A DNA stretch of 52,078 bases, filler included, from Catajapyx aquilonaris (GCA_000934665.2; 2 parts of 2 records of this genome joined end to end with filler, not necessarily neighbours in it); one strand, 5' to 3'. Positions 22,960 to 34,681 are shown, numbered from the whole stretch's first letter. The notes: generated by a model from the sequence alone, not told the origin. Made by a program: numbers and translations.

Positions 22960-23523
22960 GTAAGCATGCACATATGACTATTCCATTGCTCCCAACAGAC
23001 CAAACTGGCGTAAATCCTGCCTCACATTACTAGATCAACTGGGGTTAAGCTGGCAAGACCTACAGACTGACCTATCAGTACTACATACTAAAGTAGAATT
23101 TCAGTTAAAAACTCAGTTGCCATTAAGACCGGATCAAACTCATAGATATAATCATTACAAACTGATTAAGCTTAACTATGGCTTGGAAGCATGTCTTACG
23201 TACGGTCTACCCCTTTACCTACAGCGCATGATGATAAATCTAAGAAAGGCTCAAAATATCTCCCCATAAAGACTGGAATATCAATACAGCTTGTTAGCAA
23301 AGAAAATTGTGATTGGTGCAATTTAAACATCCCCCTAACACCACATCACTTATTATTTGAGTGCCCCATATTTGCCACCCCTCGAAAAATTTACCTTAAC
23401 GCCTTATCTGTCATCCCTTTGGAACAAACACCCTTTGTTTTTCATAACCTAACAAAACAACAAATTTTCCTACTGTACTCGTTTTTTTCAATTGTCTGTA
23501 AGCACATACAGTTATGTGACTGA
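22960..23523 (+). mobile_element. 3' remnant of a non-LTR retrotransposon (LINE ORF2 C-terminal CCHC motif)
   Basis: ORF 23191-23523 contains CDWCNLNIPLTPHHLLFECP (CX2C...HX4C), typical of LINE ORF2 ends; boundaries approximate. Confidence 0.6.
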
Positions 23524-23541
23524 ATGTAAATGGTAGTTATG

Positions 23542-23790
23542 TGAATGCTGGCATGGAACAACGTTGTAAGTGTCATTTTGGCTGTTTTGAGTTGACACTG
23601 TAGAAACGTAGCAAATGACCAGCTGGTTCGAACGGTATAGTCCACCCAACGCTATCCGTTCATTTAGCCGAGAAAAAGCCGGACATTCCAGCAAGAGTGC
23701 ATTCCCTTTGCATGAGATCCTCGGCAGAAAAACACGACTCCTGAAAAGTTGCCAAAAATCATTTGCAACGTTCTTCCATGCCAGCATACA
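23542..23790. mobile_element. Small MITE with ~40-bp imperfect TIRs
   Basis: ATGCTGGCATGGAACAACGTTGTAAGTGTCATTTTGGC / GCCAAAAATCATTTGCAACGTTCTTCCATGCCAGCAT. Confidence 0.6.
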
Positions 23791-24091
23791 TGTGTCCCCC
23801 TATAATAATGACCCAAAGGTAAGAGAATGGGGTATATAATAAATAAAATAAAAAAATAAAAATAAAAATAGTAAGCATGCACAAGATTTTTTGATGCAAG
23901 GGGCCACATTGCCAACAAGGTGAACAAATAAGAAATATTCTGTTCTTGACAGGCAAAAAAGTTTAGCAGGTTCTTGAAAAATCAACTTCATTGTGAACGA
24001 TCAATGAATTAAAATGGATGAGTGGATGGTGCAAAGACAAATACATTATACTGTTTGATTTAGATATCAATTGGAATCAGACCTTGTTATA

Positions 24092-24653
24092 CAGGGTGTT
24101 TATTGTAACTCTGCAAAGACTTTCAGGGGTAATAGAGGGGACCAATACAAGTATTTTTGACATAGGAACCCGTGTCCGGAAACGCCATCTAGAGGGGGTT
24201 CATAGACAAGGAACGGGTGCGCTCAGACGCGTCACGCGAGAGGCGCTAGGCGAGCGGACTGTTTTGTTGATAGATGGCGCTCGAATAATAAACACTGATG
24301 CGATGTGCCATAACCTGGCAACAGCAGAGCCATCTAGCAGCTAAAGTTCTCCTCCTAGGAGATGCGCGGATAGTCAACAGCGGATTTGTTGTTGCCAGGT
24401 TATGTCGTATCGCGTTGTTGTTTACTTACAATGACGTGATACGCCATAACCTGGCAACAACTGCGCACCATCTACCAACAAAACAGTCCGCTCGCCTAGC
24501 GCCTCTCGCCTGACGCGTCTGAGCGCACCCGTTCCTTGTCTATGAACCCCCTCTAGATGGCGTTTCCGGACACGGGTGCCTATGTCAAAAATACTTGTAT
24601 TGGTCCCCTCTATTGCCCCTGAAAGTCTTTGCAGAGTTACAATAAACACCCTG
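24092..24653. mobile_element. Palindromic Tc1/mariner-type MITE (TA TSD, ~185-bp near-perfect TIRs)
   Basis: TA-CAGGGTGTTTATTGTAACTCTGCAAAGAC... / ...GTTACAATAAACACCCTG-TA. Confidence 0.9.
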
Positions 24654-24830
24654 TATAAAGGCAAACTGGTGTGAATTACTTACACCTCATGTAAAAAGTA
24701 GGGCGTGACTAAATTATTCCTCAAGATATTTTGAAGAGCAAGCATGATGATACATTTATATTGCATTGCAATGTCATATCATATGCAGGCGTGTTCCAAT
24801 TGAAACATACATTTTAGTTAGTGACACTGG

Positions 24831-25972
24831 CAGTGGCGAGGGCTGCCCTGGGCGGCAAGTTGAAGGGGGTGGCAATGTTTGGCGTACTGCAGCTACAGCG
24901 AACGCGATTATTTTAGTGATTCTACAAATATTAAGATATTTTCCAATTATTACTTAATTTATAAACACCCAACAATTATGCATTAGAATGATGACAAGAG
25001 TCCAGATGAAAATGCCACAAAGGGGTCAGAAATAGGAGTTTTGCTCAGTGTGTTGCAATCGTTTCCGTTTCTGTGGTTTTTGGGTTTATAGGATTCTGTT
25101 CTTGTGGAAATTAATGATGCCCAGACTTATTTACAAAGTAAAGGATTGCATGTACAGTACAACAATGTGCCCAGAAGATGAGTGCTCATTGTTTAGGCAT
25201 TGAGGCATTGTTAAGGTATACAAGGGGTGGTTTAGTGAACGGTGGAGCTATTAAAGGTATGCTAAAGGACTGTGTGAAGAACTATGTATCGTTATGCCTT
25301 ATGGAACCTCGCTGGCGATCTAGGAACAACTCACCCTATGACGACGAATTCAGGAGGGAAATATTTCCTTCACTGACTGGAGTACCGTATTTGATGGCAT
25401 ATGAGGCCCACTTTCCCCCCAAAAACGGCTCAAAAAATCGCCCTGCGTCTCATAATTATGTGAAAATACAATACGAACCTTTTTTTTACTGAATATGATC
25501 TGCTGAAATGGGTGTGCATCTTATATGCCTTCAAATAACTTACGGTAATTCAAGAGATTACCTTGAGATTTCTGCAGCTTCCTGAACTGGCTGAAAGATT
25601 TGCCTTCCTTACTCCATCACGACTTTTGGATGCCGGATATGATTGTGATTTAGAATATGATCCTGATGACATTGACAAGGAAGAGTTCGAAATTGAAAGG
25701 AAAAGACTTCATAGTTTCATTGTGGTTTCAAAGGAACAAGCTGGGATAATTTAAGGAATGAAAGTCCCCTTGAACTCCTGAACTTCATTCAACAGCTCAT
25801 TCTAGGTATATCAGTGCCAAATAATATTGTCATAATGTTGCGGATTTTTCTAAAAGTCGGAATATTAGTGTTGCCAGTTGTATGAGGAGCTTTTTGAAGC
25901 TAAAATTAATTAAAAATTATCTACGTTCCACTATGAGCACTTGGAGGTTGGGTAATTTGGCTATATTGTCAA
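24831..25972 (+). mobile_element. Decayed hAT transposase (C-terminal dimerisation domain)
   Basis: CAGTGGCG hAT-like start. Frameshifted SPLELLNFIQ..MLRIFL..RSFLKLKLIKNYLRSTMSTWRLGNLAILS matches the hAT dimerisation consensus SFSKLKLIKNYLRSTMSQERL. Confidence 0.75.
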
Positions 25973-25989
25973 ATGGGGGGAGGGGGGGG

Positions 25990-26089
25990 NNNNNNNNNNN
26001 NNNNNNNNNNNNNNNNNNNNNNNNNNNNNNNNNTTAATTAATTAANNNNNNNNNNNNNNNNNNNNNNNNNNNNNNNNNNNNNNNNNNNN
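25990..26089. other. Assembly gap (100 nt) with artificial TTAATTAATTAA linker
   Basis: 44 N + TTAATTAATTAA + 44 N. Confidence 0.95.
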
Positions 26090-26418
26090 TGTCCTTTTTT
26101 ATTTGCAGCCACCTGGCGGCATTTTGCCGAAGCTCTTGGATTCGGCATCGGCTCGCCAGCCTATGTGGATAATGAAATTATGCGAGCCAAGGTCGCTTGG
26201 CAAGGCCGAAGTCTGGAGGAATCTTTACCGGCGTTTTTGTCCATCTAGTGACAGTAAATATAACCACTACTAGGCGCCTAGTTTAGTTCTAAATACTTAC
26301 CCAGCATGTGAGCGTATTTTCCTAAACATGTGCTGTGAGAAATGGCAAATTCTGCAAATAACGACTAATTTTATTGTTCGACAGTAAACATGATCACATA
26401 TGCCACATTATAAAGGAA

Positions 26419-27672
26419 TTAAATAAATCCACGTTCCTCCATATCGCACGCAATTCCAACCAAACGTTCGGTAAATGGCTCGTTACACTGCATCTTCTTC
26501 ACCGACAGCTCCATTTTACTCTGGAACGATTCGGCCATCTTGGTCATATCTTCGTCCACATCTCCCATGCTGTCCACGCTCTCCTCTGGACGGGCCAGCA
26601 TCATCGGAAGCAACATACAGGCTGCAAGACATGCGTAATACGCATCCTCGTTATACCTCTTCAGAAATGCGTCGAATGTGAACTCAGGATACTCGACCCC
26701 CAAGGCTTCGATGGTGTTCATGAAGGTTGAGTGGTAATGTCTCAATAGGTCATGAAGATGGCTTCTACGCATTGCTAGTGTGGTGCTGGTGTGGAAGAAG
26801 TAGGAAAGTTCAGCTGTCATGCATGCAACTCTCGTGGCTTGGAAGTCGACGAACTTCACATCGGTCGGTCCAGAACCGTCGTACTTGAACAACATATTGT
26901 TGACCCACAAGTCGCCGTGGATGATGACATGCGGACCACCCCGTTTCTCCGTACTGTACTCCTTAACGGCTGTACCAACTGATCCGACCAATTTCTTCAT
27001 CTTTATGGCCAACTCCTGGTTCAGTTTGGACACAGTCATGATCGCCCGGTTGTACGACTGTTCCGTCATGTCATTTCGAATCTTTTGGTCTTCTTCACGA
27101 ACAAAATCGTCGAACTTCTTGATGCACGGAAATTCCTTCTCGACATCCTGCGACTTCATCATGCAGTAGGAAATGGCATGAAACTGCGCCATTTTGGTCA
27201 ACACCAGATGGCAGTGGGCTTTGTCCAATCCGGCATACTTGTCTGCCATTGTGTAGCCTGAATGTGCCAGATCCTCGAACGTTAATGCCTGTTCGGTGTC
27301 AGACACATCCGCGTAAATAATCGGTACCGGCATGGTTATATCAATCTTGCCTTTTTGAAACTCCAACATGGCTGGTATGACTAAACAGTACACTTTCCGC
27401 TCGTATTCGTACACCTTCATTGCAGCAAACAATTTCTGTCGAAGTTCGTCATCAGGCACTTTCTTCACGAACAGATGCTATGTTTTATCCGGACCTTCAG
27501 TCGTCGCCTCCACGTAGTACACAAGGCTTCCATAGTTGTCACCTTTTTTAGTAGCCGACCTGAAGCGATAACTCACCACTCGGATATCATTGTTCCCAGG
27601 CACTTTTTGCAAAGTGGATCGAATGAAGTCTGCGGATATGATGACGTCTTTCTTGACCTCTTCTTGGTCCAT
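26419..27672 (-). pseudogene. EcKL (ecdysteroid kinase-like / CHK) paralogue 1; 417-codon frame interrupted by one in-frame TAG at 27478-27480
   Basis: ORFs 27478-27672 and 26419-27468 share a frame (..PDKT*HLFVKKVP..). Motifs GDNYGS, FEDL, MAQFHA, HGDLWVNN and DFQ are intact; Kozak GCCATGG. Confidence 0.8.
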
Positions 27673-28080
27673 GGCCGGGCTTCAAATGCAGTTTAATGAC
27701 CACGTAATAATAAAAAAGTTATGCAATCGACTCAGCTGTGCCGCGCACCTCGCAGTGCACTGTCTGGTGGGAACTTTAACCGTTTGCGTAACCAACACCC
27801 AGCGATCCTAGCGACTGGCCTTGACAATGGTGGGAAAAATAACGATTCCGCAGAATATACTAATGCACTTGTTGCTCATCATCATACATTTTATAATGCG
27901 CAAAAATTAACGCTAGTTTATTTGGTGTCCTGCTAAAGCTAAAACAATCCGTCAGAACCTGATTATTGTTACTATTAGCGATAATGTGTATTAAACGCTT
28001 TATTATAATGCATTTTCCTCAATTATGCCTTCCAATAGGGAAAAACAAAGGCATTACATTTTATCATGTAACAATTATTC

Positions 28081-29373
28081 TCATATTACTCCCATTTCTG
28101 CCATTTCGCGATAAAATTCTAGAATCCGTTGCGTCACATATGGAATATGCATATTTTTAGTCATATTATGGGCCATATTTATTTGCGCGTATTTTAACTC
28201 CTTATTAGTTGCAATATCAGCTTCCTTGTACGGTTCAGGAACAGGTGCGTTAAACTTATCTTCGATGTCATCTACGAATTTGCATCCATCTATTTGCTGG
28301 TCACCACCAGACAACTGTACGGGCATAGCGAAGGCCATAAATACCACAGCGTACGGCAATGTCTCGTTCATCTTATTTACAATATAATCTAAGGTCAAAT
28401 CTGGCGAAATATCTAATCGAAGATGCTTCAACGATGTTCTAAAACTATTCAAATAGACCTGAAGTATATGTCGATAGTGCTGCTTCCTGGTGGCCCGAGT
28501 GGTGCTGGTGTATAGAAAGTACGTCAGGTCAATCGTGGCCGACGATGTGTTGATCATTTGAAAGTCAACGAAACGGACATCCACAGGGACATCATATTTG
28601 TCGTACTTGAACATGATGTTGTTGAACCAGAGATCACGATGACACACTGTTTGGATCATGTCGTCGCGTCTGCCCATTTGATTAATTACGGTGTCGAATA
28701 CTTTGTCTTTGAACTTGGTCATCCTTTGACCCAAGATGGGGTCAACTCTGCTGACCAGATCGACAGCTCCATGGTAACTCCCTGTCCATATGTAGTAGAA
28801 AACGTTGAAACTATCCTTCCGGAAGATAGACTCCTGCAAGTGTAGCTTGTCTTGATTGGTTGTGATAATTGCGTGACCTAGAGCGTGCATTTTGGCCAGA
28901 TCACGCACGGTCATAATGACCTCTTCGATAGTCAGCTCCATTTTTGGCAGCGTTTTAAAACCTTCTGCTGAAATATCACGTAAAAATATGACGTTGTCGG
29001 ATGATCCGTAACACTCGGGAACAGCCAGAGACAATGGAGGTGTCCCCCTTTCCTTTTGATACATTTTCATTAATGGCAACACCTTGCTGTATAAGCCTAT
29101 TTCGTTTTGATAGAATTTTCCTTGAGTGACTATGGTTTGGATGTATCCGTCCAGCTGGTACAGCCTTTTCAGAAACACAGGGTGAATCTCGGTTCTGTTG
29201 TCTACAAGCACGGTGACCCTATAGGAGCATATTGTGCTGGTGATACTTTTGACCGTGACCTCACTTCCTGGCTCTGTTGAAATAATCTCTATCTTAGCTT
29301 CAGGATTCTTTCTCTGAAGATATTTCTTAAGCTCAGAGTGCATAACCAATATGACCTCTTCATTGTGTGACAT
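28081..29373 (-). CDS. EcKL/CHK kinase-like protein, paralogue 2 (430 aa, intronless CDS)
   Basis: FYQNEIGLY, LAKMHA, HRDLWFNN, VDFQ, DLTYFLYTST; 5'UTR intron acceptor just upstream of the ATG. Confidence 0.92.
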   Translation of the reverse strand: MSHNEEVILVMHSELKKYLQRKNPEAKIEIISTEPGSEVTVKSITSTICSYRVTVLVDNRTEIHPVFLKRLYQLDGYIQTIVTQGKFYQNEIGLYSKVLPLMKMYQKERGTPPLSLAVPECYGSSDNVIFLRDISAEGFKTLPKMELTIEEVIMTVRDLAKMHALGHAIITTNQDKLHLQESIFRKDSFNVFYYIWTGSYHGAVDLVSRVDPILGQRMTKFKDKVFDTVINQMGRRDDMIQTVCHRDLWFNNIMFKYDKYDVPVDVRFVDFQMINTSSATIDLTYFLYTSTTRATRKQHYRHILQVYLNSFRTSLKHLRLDISPDLTLDYIVNKMNETLPYAVVFMAFAMPVQLSGGDQQIDGCKFVDDIEDKFNAPVPEPYKEADIATNKELKYAQINMAHNMTKNMHIPYVTQRILEFYREMAEMGVI

Positions 29374-30147
29374 GTTGTGAAATTACCTAAAAGCAATAAA
29401 ATACAACATGACTTACTCCAATAATTAATTTTTAATTTAATATATTTTACAACCGTGATTATTACTGAGATGGTACTTACAAGCTTCGGAGGATTATCGA
29501 ACTGATCTGTTACCCAGCAGGTGCAGCAATGGGCACGTGTGTTGCTCGTACGTGAGTATGTCGGACACATGTCAGTTACTGGGCAGGCGGGAATAAAAAA
29601 TTAATGAATACGAAATCACTACTCGACATATGCACAATGAATGTTCGTCTCTTATACGTCTCGAGGCCTTCTGAAAGAACAATAACTCATTTTGCTTGCA
29701 TAAAGTGCATGAAGAAGGAACTACAGTAACTGACAATAATTTAAAATACTTTTATTGTTGCCCAAAACGTGACAATACCCTGTAAAGTAGTGTCTTTCAG
29801 CATACATGATTATGGAAATTTTATCCAGCAGTACAATGCTGATGTAAATACTTGAATCCATCGTCTGGACTGTCTAACCCAAAATTTCAGTAATTGTTTG
29901 ACCATGACAGGCCATCCATAAAGTAAGTCATACAAAAAGCGGCAAACTGTGACAAAGGGTAGGTGTCTAAAAAGTCTAAGGTCAGAGGGACGTACTTGCT
30001 TAATAACTTACCATTTTAGTTACAATCTAGTTGCTGTCATTATTGAGAAGGTCACCAACAGTAATGGAAGTGATATCATTTGATTGTAATTTGGCCAAAC
30101 AACTCCTGCAACCTTGGACAAGACAACCCTTACATTGGATGTGGTCT

Positions 30148-31828
30148 TCACAGGACCCCCTTTTCGGCCATCTCCTTCACCATTTCCATCACGCGATACT
30201 TCACCAGCTCATTCTCCTGACAGGTGGCGATCATCTCGTCCATCTTGACCTGCATCTCCTCGTGGTTGCTGGTGTACCCTACACTCTCCAGGTTGATTCC
30301 GTTGTCCAAGATCAATGGCAGGTTCCAGACGGCAGTGCAGAACCCAAATGGTAGGGTGGCCTGGAACTCCTCTTTCAGACCATCCAGAGTCAGAATGGAC
30401 GAAACGTCCATGTTCATCTGACCCAAGCACTCGGACAGTTTGTTGTAGTAAGTCTCCAGCAGCTGGTCCAGATGCTGGCGACGAAATTCGGCAGTGGTAC
30501 TGGTGTAGAAGAGGTACAGCAGGTCTGTGGTCAGAGGTGCCCAGCACACCAACTGCAAGTCGATGAACCTGGCAGCCACCGGTACATCTCGATCGTTTCT
30601 GATGTCATACTGGAACAAGAAGTTGTTGACCCAGTAATCTCCGTGGCATACGACCGTCAGAGGTCCACCCTTGTTCAGGTGAGATATGAAGGTCTCTAGG
30701 ACTTTTCCTTGGAACATCTCAACACGAGGAAGCAGGCCATGGTGCACAGCATCATTTTTGACGATTTTGAGAACGGCGCTGAAGCAGGAGTGAAACAGCT
30801 TTTCGATGTACTGGTCCTCGGTGGCGTAGATGGTTTCCTTCAGAAAAGGGAACCGGGCTGGGATTCGGGGGTCCTCTTCCTTGATGGCAAAGGAGAGTGC
30901 ATGGAACTTGGCCAGTTCCTCCAGGACCAGTACGCAATGCTCCATGTCCAACCCGACCAATTTGTCTGTCATTCGGAATCCAGATGGACGGAGATCGCCC
31001 AGGACCAGGCAATCGTCCTCACCTCCAGCAGTCTGCAATGAAACCAGATAATTATGAGATAAGTGTGTTATGTTTGTCACCACTGTATATGGACGCCTAA
31101 CCCTTGACCTTCTTTGGAAATCGCACGTGCAAATACCACATTTCCTATAAGTACCGGTAATCTAATTCATGCTTGAAAATATTTAAACATATTTAGTTTT
31201 CCCATGGGGTTAGAAATTCCCTGGAACCGGTGTACATACTGGCCAAGGAACCAGGTGGAACCGGCTTGGAACCGGCATGGAAACCGGCATGGAAACCGGC
31301 ATGGAAACCGGCATGGAAGCCGGCATGGAAACCGGCATGGAAACCGGCCTGGAACAAGGTGGAACCGACCTGGAACCGGGTGGAACCTCCCGGTTCCAGG
31401 ATCTGGTCTACACTTTTTAAGGGATTTGCTAACCCCTTGAGATTTGTTCTGTTGTACCGTACCTGGCCATAGTAGCACTTGGCTGTAGCTGGACAGATAG
31501 TGTCCGGAGTCCCTCGCCGCCTGTGGAATTCCATCATGTACGGCAGAAGAATGCTGTACACCTCGTACTCCTTCTGGAACAGAAAGCTATTCTGCAGCAT
31601 CTCCTTCCTGGACGGATCAGGTGGGTATCTCTTGACCACCAGATTATGCTTCTCTTCGTGTCCATTAACTTCCACCTCGACCTCCACGGCGTAGATGACA
31701 CTCAGGAAGTTGTCTCCAGGATTGGTTCCAGATGTGACACGAAAGTCCTTGATCGTTACATCTCCAGGGACACTGGTATGTCCGGTCAACACGCTCTGGA
31801 GGAACTCGGCAGTGAAGAAGTTGTCCAT
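30148..31828 (-). CDS. EcKL/CHK kinase-like protein, paralogue 3 (416 aa; exons 31463-31828 and 30148-31032)
   Basis: GDNFLS, FQKEYEVY, phase-0 intron CAG|GTACGG...TTGCAG|ACT, LAKFHA, HGDYWVNN, IDLQ; Kozak ACCATGG. Confidence 0.92.
31201..31440. mobile_element. Small MITE with internal 12-bp tandem repeat (CCGGCATGGAAA)n in the EcKL3 intron
   Basis: TIR GGGGTTAGAAATTCCCT (31206-31222) / AGGGATTTGCTAACCCC (31420-31436); tandem units at ~31257-31388. Confidence 0.7.
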
Positions 31829-32003
31829 GGTGGACCACTAGATGCAGAGGACAGCTCGACAGGAACCAGACTGACGCTTCTGGGTCTGGGAGCATAGCAA
31901 TTCGAATCCTGGACCGCTAATGGCCCTTGGACTCGCCCTCTGACCCCAACGTCCCCTTCCCACTTGAAGCAATAAAAATTGATAATCGCCACGGGAAATG
32001 GGG

Positions 32004-32010
32004 TTTTATA
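32004..32010 (-). promoter_or_regulatory. TATA box of EcKL3
   Basis: TATAAAA on the minus strand with Inr-like TCAATT ~30 nt downstream, ~180 nt before the ATG. Confidence 0.55.
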
Positions 32011-33367
32011 TAGTTGGGTGAGCTGTCTTGCAGCATGGATCAAAATCGGATACTCCCTACCGGATGTATTGCCCTCAGAACCACGGTACCAGACAGTCGT
32101 TAAGATAAAAAAAAGTCACGACAACGGTGCTATTATGTAATGTCGTGTACTGTACTGCACGGTGGGAAAAAAATAATTAGTAAAAATATATATCAGTAGA
32201 GCTGTTGCGTGTAAAGCAACTTATCTTACGTAACTCATTTTGTAAGCAATATTTAAGCAGAAAGGAATGTGATAAATGATAGCCTATACATAAAGTGTTG
32301 TTGGATGTTGGTACTTGTTTGTACAAATTTTTTCATTTGACAAATTGATATTGTGGGTGATGCTGTTTAATGCAATCAAGTGCATAACATATAGATAAGG
32401 GCGCGTCGAGTCTTTGACATGTATTATCACCAGGACTTTCTGTGATAAGTGAAAAAGTGGGACTAATAAAGAATTATCATAATTTTTGCCACTTTTGAAG
32501 TGAGGTGTTACTTTAATATTACTAAAGTGCATACCTTATGACAGTTCGTGTGAGTGCAGTGATTATGTAACTTTAACAGCTGGCCTTAGGAGTATAGGCG
32601 TCTATCCTGAATGATTTGATTATTCAATTACTTTTTTTTATCCTACAGAGAAATCCAGTTAGGGGTGATAGGAAAGGCTGCCATTGAAGCATATCACAAC
32701 TAGGCACATGTAAATTGTAGGGATTACGCAAATCAATCCTACGTAACACTACGTAACACCACAAGTTTTTATTGAAAAAAATAGTAAATAATACTGCAAA
32801 AATAGCTACATTTTATTGCATAATCAAATGGTTATCATTTTTATCTTACACACAGGCTGAAATTCAGTTTTTAAGAAATTTATCTACACTATTGCATAAT
32901 GTTTGCATTATTGCGTGTTAGTTCAGCGTTCAACCTGCAATTGCTGTTTCATCGTATACGCAATGAATCATTGTAGCGTGCAGAGTCATCTAGTCATTCG
33001 GTCACTTGACTCAAATGTTTTATTTTAATATTATTATTCAGGAATTTGTTAATTACAAAAAACACAACACCGAACAGTGTCGATTTACATAGCACAGTAC
33101 ACTGAGCACATGTTATCCGCGGATAAGGTTAACTCGATGAGACCCCAAACCCAATATAATTTAAGATTTGAACATGTCCCAATAATGCAATTAGCAACAA
33201 TGTTTGAAAGTTATAGCTCTACTAATGAAAATAAATGTTGGATTTTTTTTAATGCCGCGGATAACGGGGGTTCGCTCTATTTACAATTTTTCTCGTATGA
33301 TTGAGCCACTATATTTTTAAAACGTCATATTTTTACAATAAGAAGTTACATAAGATCCAACAACCAT

Positions 33368-34615
33368 TTATATACCAACCTTTTGATCCACCTCATACAA
33401 TGCATCCAACAATCTTTTTTGAATCGCCTGACACTCTGGCGACGAACGCAGCAGCTCAGCCATCTTACCTTCCAGATTCTCACCCTCTCCACCTGCCACT
33501 TCAGCAATGTCCAAAGACGAATTCATGATGATGGGCAATATGAAACAGCAAACCTTGAACCCATAAGGCATAGCCTCAACATATTCCTTCTTCAGCTGCT
33601 GGAGCGTAAAAGACGGAAAGGACACACCCAATTGGCTAAGAGCAGCTTGGAAATTCTTGTGGTAAATGGACAGCAGCTCTTCCAGATGCTGTTGGCGCAA
33701 TGTGCCGGTGGTACTGGAGTAGAAGAAGTACAGGAGGTCGTAGGTCAGCGGTGCGTACACGGAACACTGCAGGTCCACGAACTTGACCTGTGCTGGCCTC
33801 CTCTTTCCGTTCTTCTGCTCGTACTTGAACAGGAAGTTGTTGACCCAGCAATCACCATGGATGACCACGTTGATGTCCTTCTCCGGCGGGTTGTTCATAT
33901 GATCAGCCATAATTTCCATGAAGTTGGCCTCGTACTTCTTCAGCTTCTGGACCAATCGGTCATCCTTGGTGGCCGCCTGGACAATCTGGATCACAGATGA
34001 GTAGCAAGCGTCCAGTACCGGCTTCCAAATCTGGTCCTGGTCCATCTTGTACATGACATCGTTGACACACGGGAACCGCTGCTTCAATGAACCCTTCTTC
34101 TTATTGGCCCAAGACAATGCATGCCATTTGGCCAACTCACCCAACACTAAGCTGCAGTGGTCAAAATCCAGTCCCTCCATCTTGTTGGCCATCTCGTAAC
34201 CCTGAGGACCCAGATCTTCGAAGACGATGCAGTCCTGTGCTGTGTTGTCCAGTACTGCATACACACACTTGGCAGTCGGAGGCACGATCTTCTTCGGCCC
34301 GGTTTGAAATGACACCAAACCTGGTATCAACTTAGTGTACATCTCATACTCCTTCCGGAAGACGCCCCTCTTCTGCAGGAAGTTCAATCGGGCCGGGTCA
34401 GCCGGCATACCCTTGATGATCAGGGGTTTCTGGTACACCGTACCATTTTCTCGGAGGTTAAGTCGCATTCGGGTAATTTCGGTCACATAGTTGCCACCTT
34501 TTTCTATAGTTGGAATCACCTCGTAACTCACGATGTCTGGTTTGGGTTGATTGGTCTTGTCCGAATTTTCGAGCACCTTGTTAATGAAGCTGAGGTTGAT
34601 CATGGTGTCCGCCAT
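33368..34615 (-). CDS. EcKL/CHK kinase-like protein, paralogue 4 (415 aa, intronless CDS)
   Basis: Start MADTMINL in GCCATGG context; GGNYVT, FRKEYEMY, FEDL, LAKWHA, HGDCWVNN, VDLQ. Confidence 0.93.
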   Translation of the reverse strand: MADTMINLSFINKVLENSDKTNQPKPDIVSYEVIPTIEKGGNYVTEITRMRLNLRENGTVYQKPLIIKGMPADPARLNFLQKRGVFRKEYEMYTKLIPGLVSFQTGPKKIVPPTAKCVYAVLDNTAQDCIVFEDLGPQGYEMANKMEGLDFDHCSLVLGELAKWHALSWANKKKGSLKQRFPCVNDVMYKMDQDQIWKPVLDACYSSVIQIVQAATKDDRLVQKLKKYEANFMEIMADHMNNPPEKDINVVIHGDCWVNNFLFKYEQKNGKRRPAQVKFVDLQCSVYAPLTYDLLYFFYSSTTGTLRQQHLEELLSIYHKNFQAALSQLGVSFPSFTLQQLKKEYVEAMPYGFKVCCFILPIIMNSSLDIAEVAGGEGENLEGKMAELLRSSPECQAIQKRLLDALYEVDQKVGI

Positions 34616-34674
34616 GGCTATGTGTACCACCAGGTGTGCTCTGTGTGTGTACACAACACTATCGCAAATGCGGC

Positions 34675-34681
34675 TTTTATA
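34675..34681 (-). promoter_or_regulatory. TATA box of EcKL4
   Basis: TATAAAA on the minus strand 60 nt upstream of the ATG. Confidence 0.55.

Noticed and set aside
26034..26045. TTAATTAATTAA palindrome between N runs
   Set aside because: Artificial scaffolding linker with stops in all frames, not biological; adjacency across the gap is therefore unverified
31257..31388. CRISPR-like or repeat-protein ORFs (AGFH / PAWK / RHGN repeats)
   Set aside because: Contiguous 12-bp tandem units without spacers inside an intronic MITE; the ORFs are read-through of the intron
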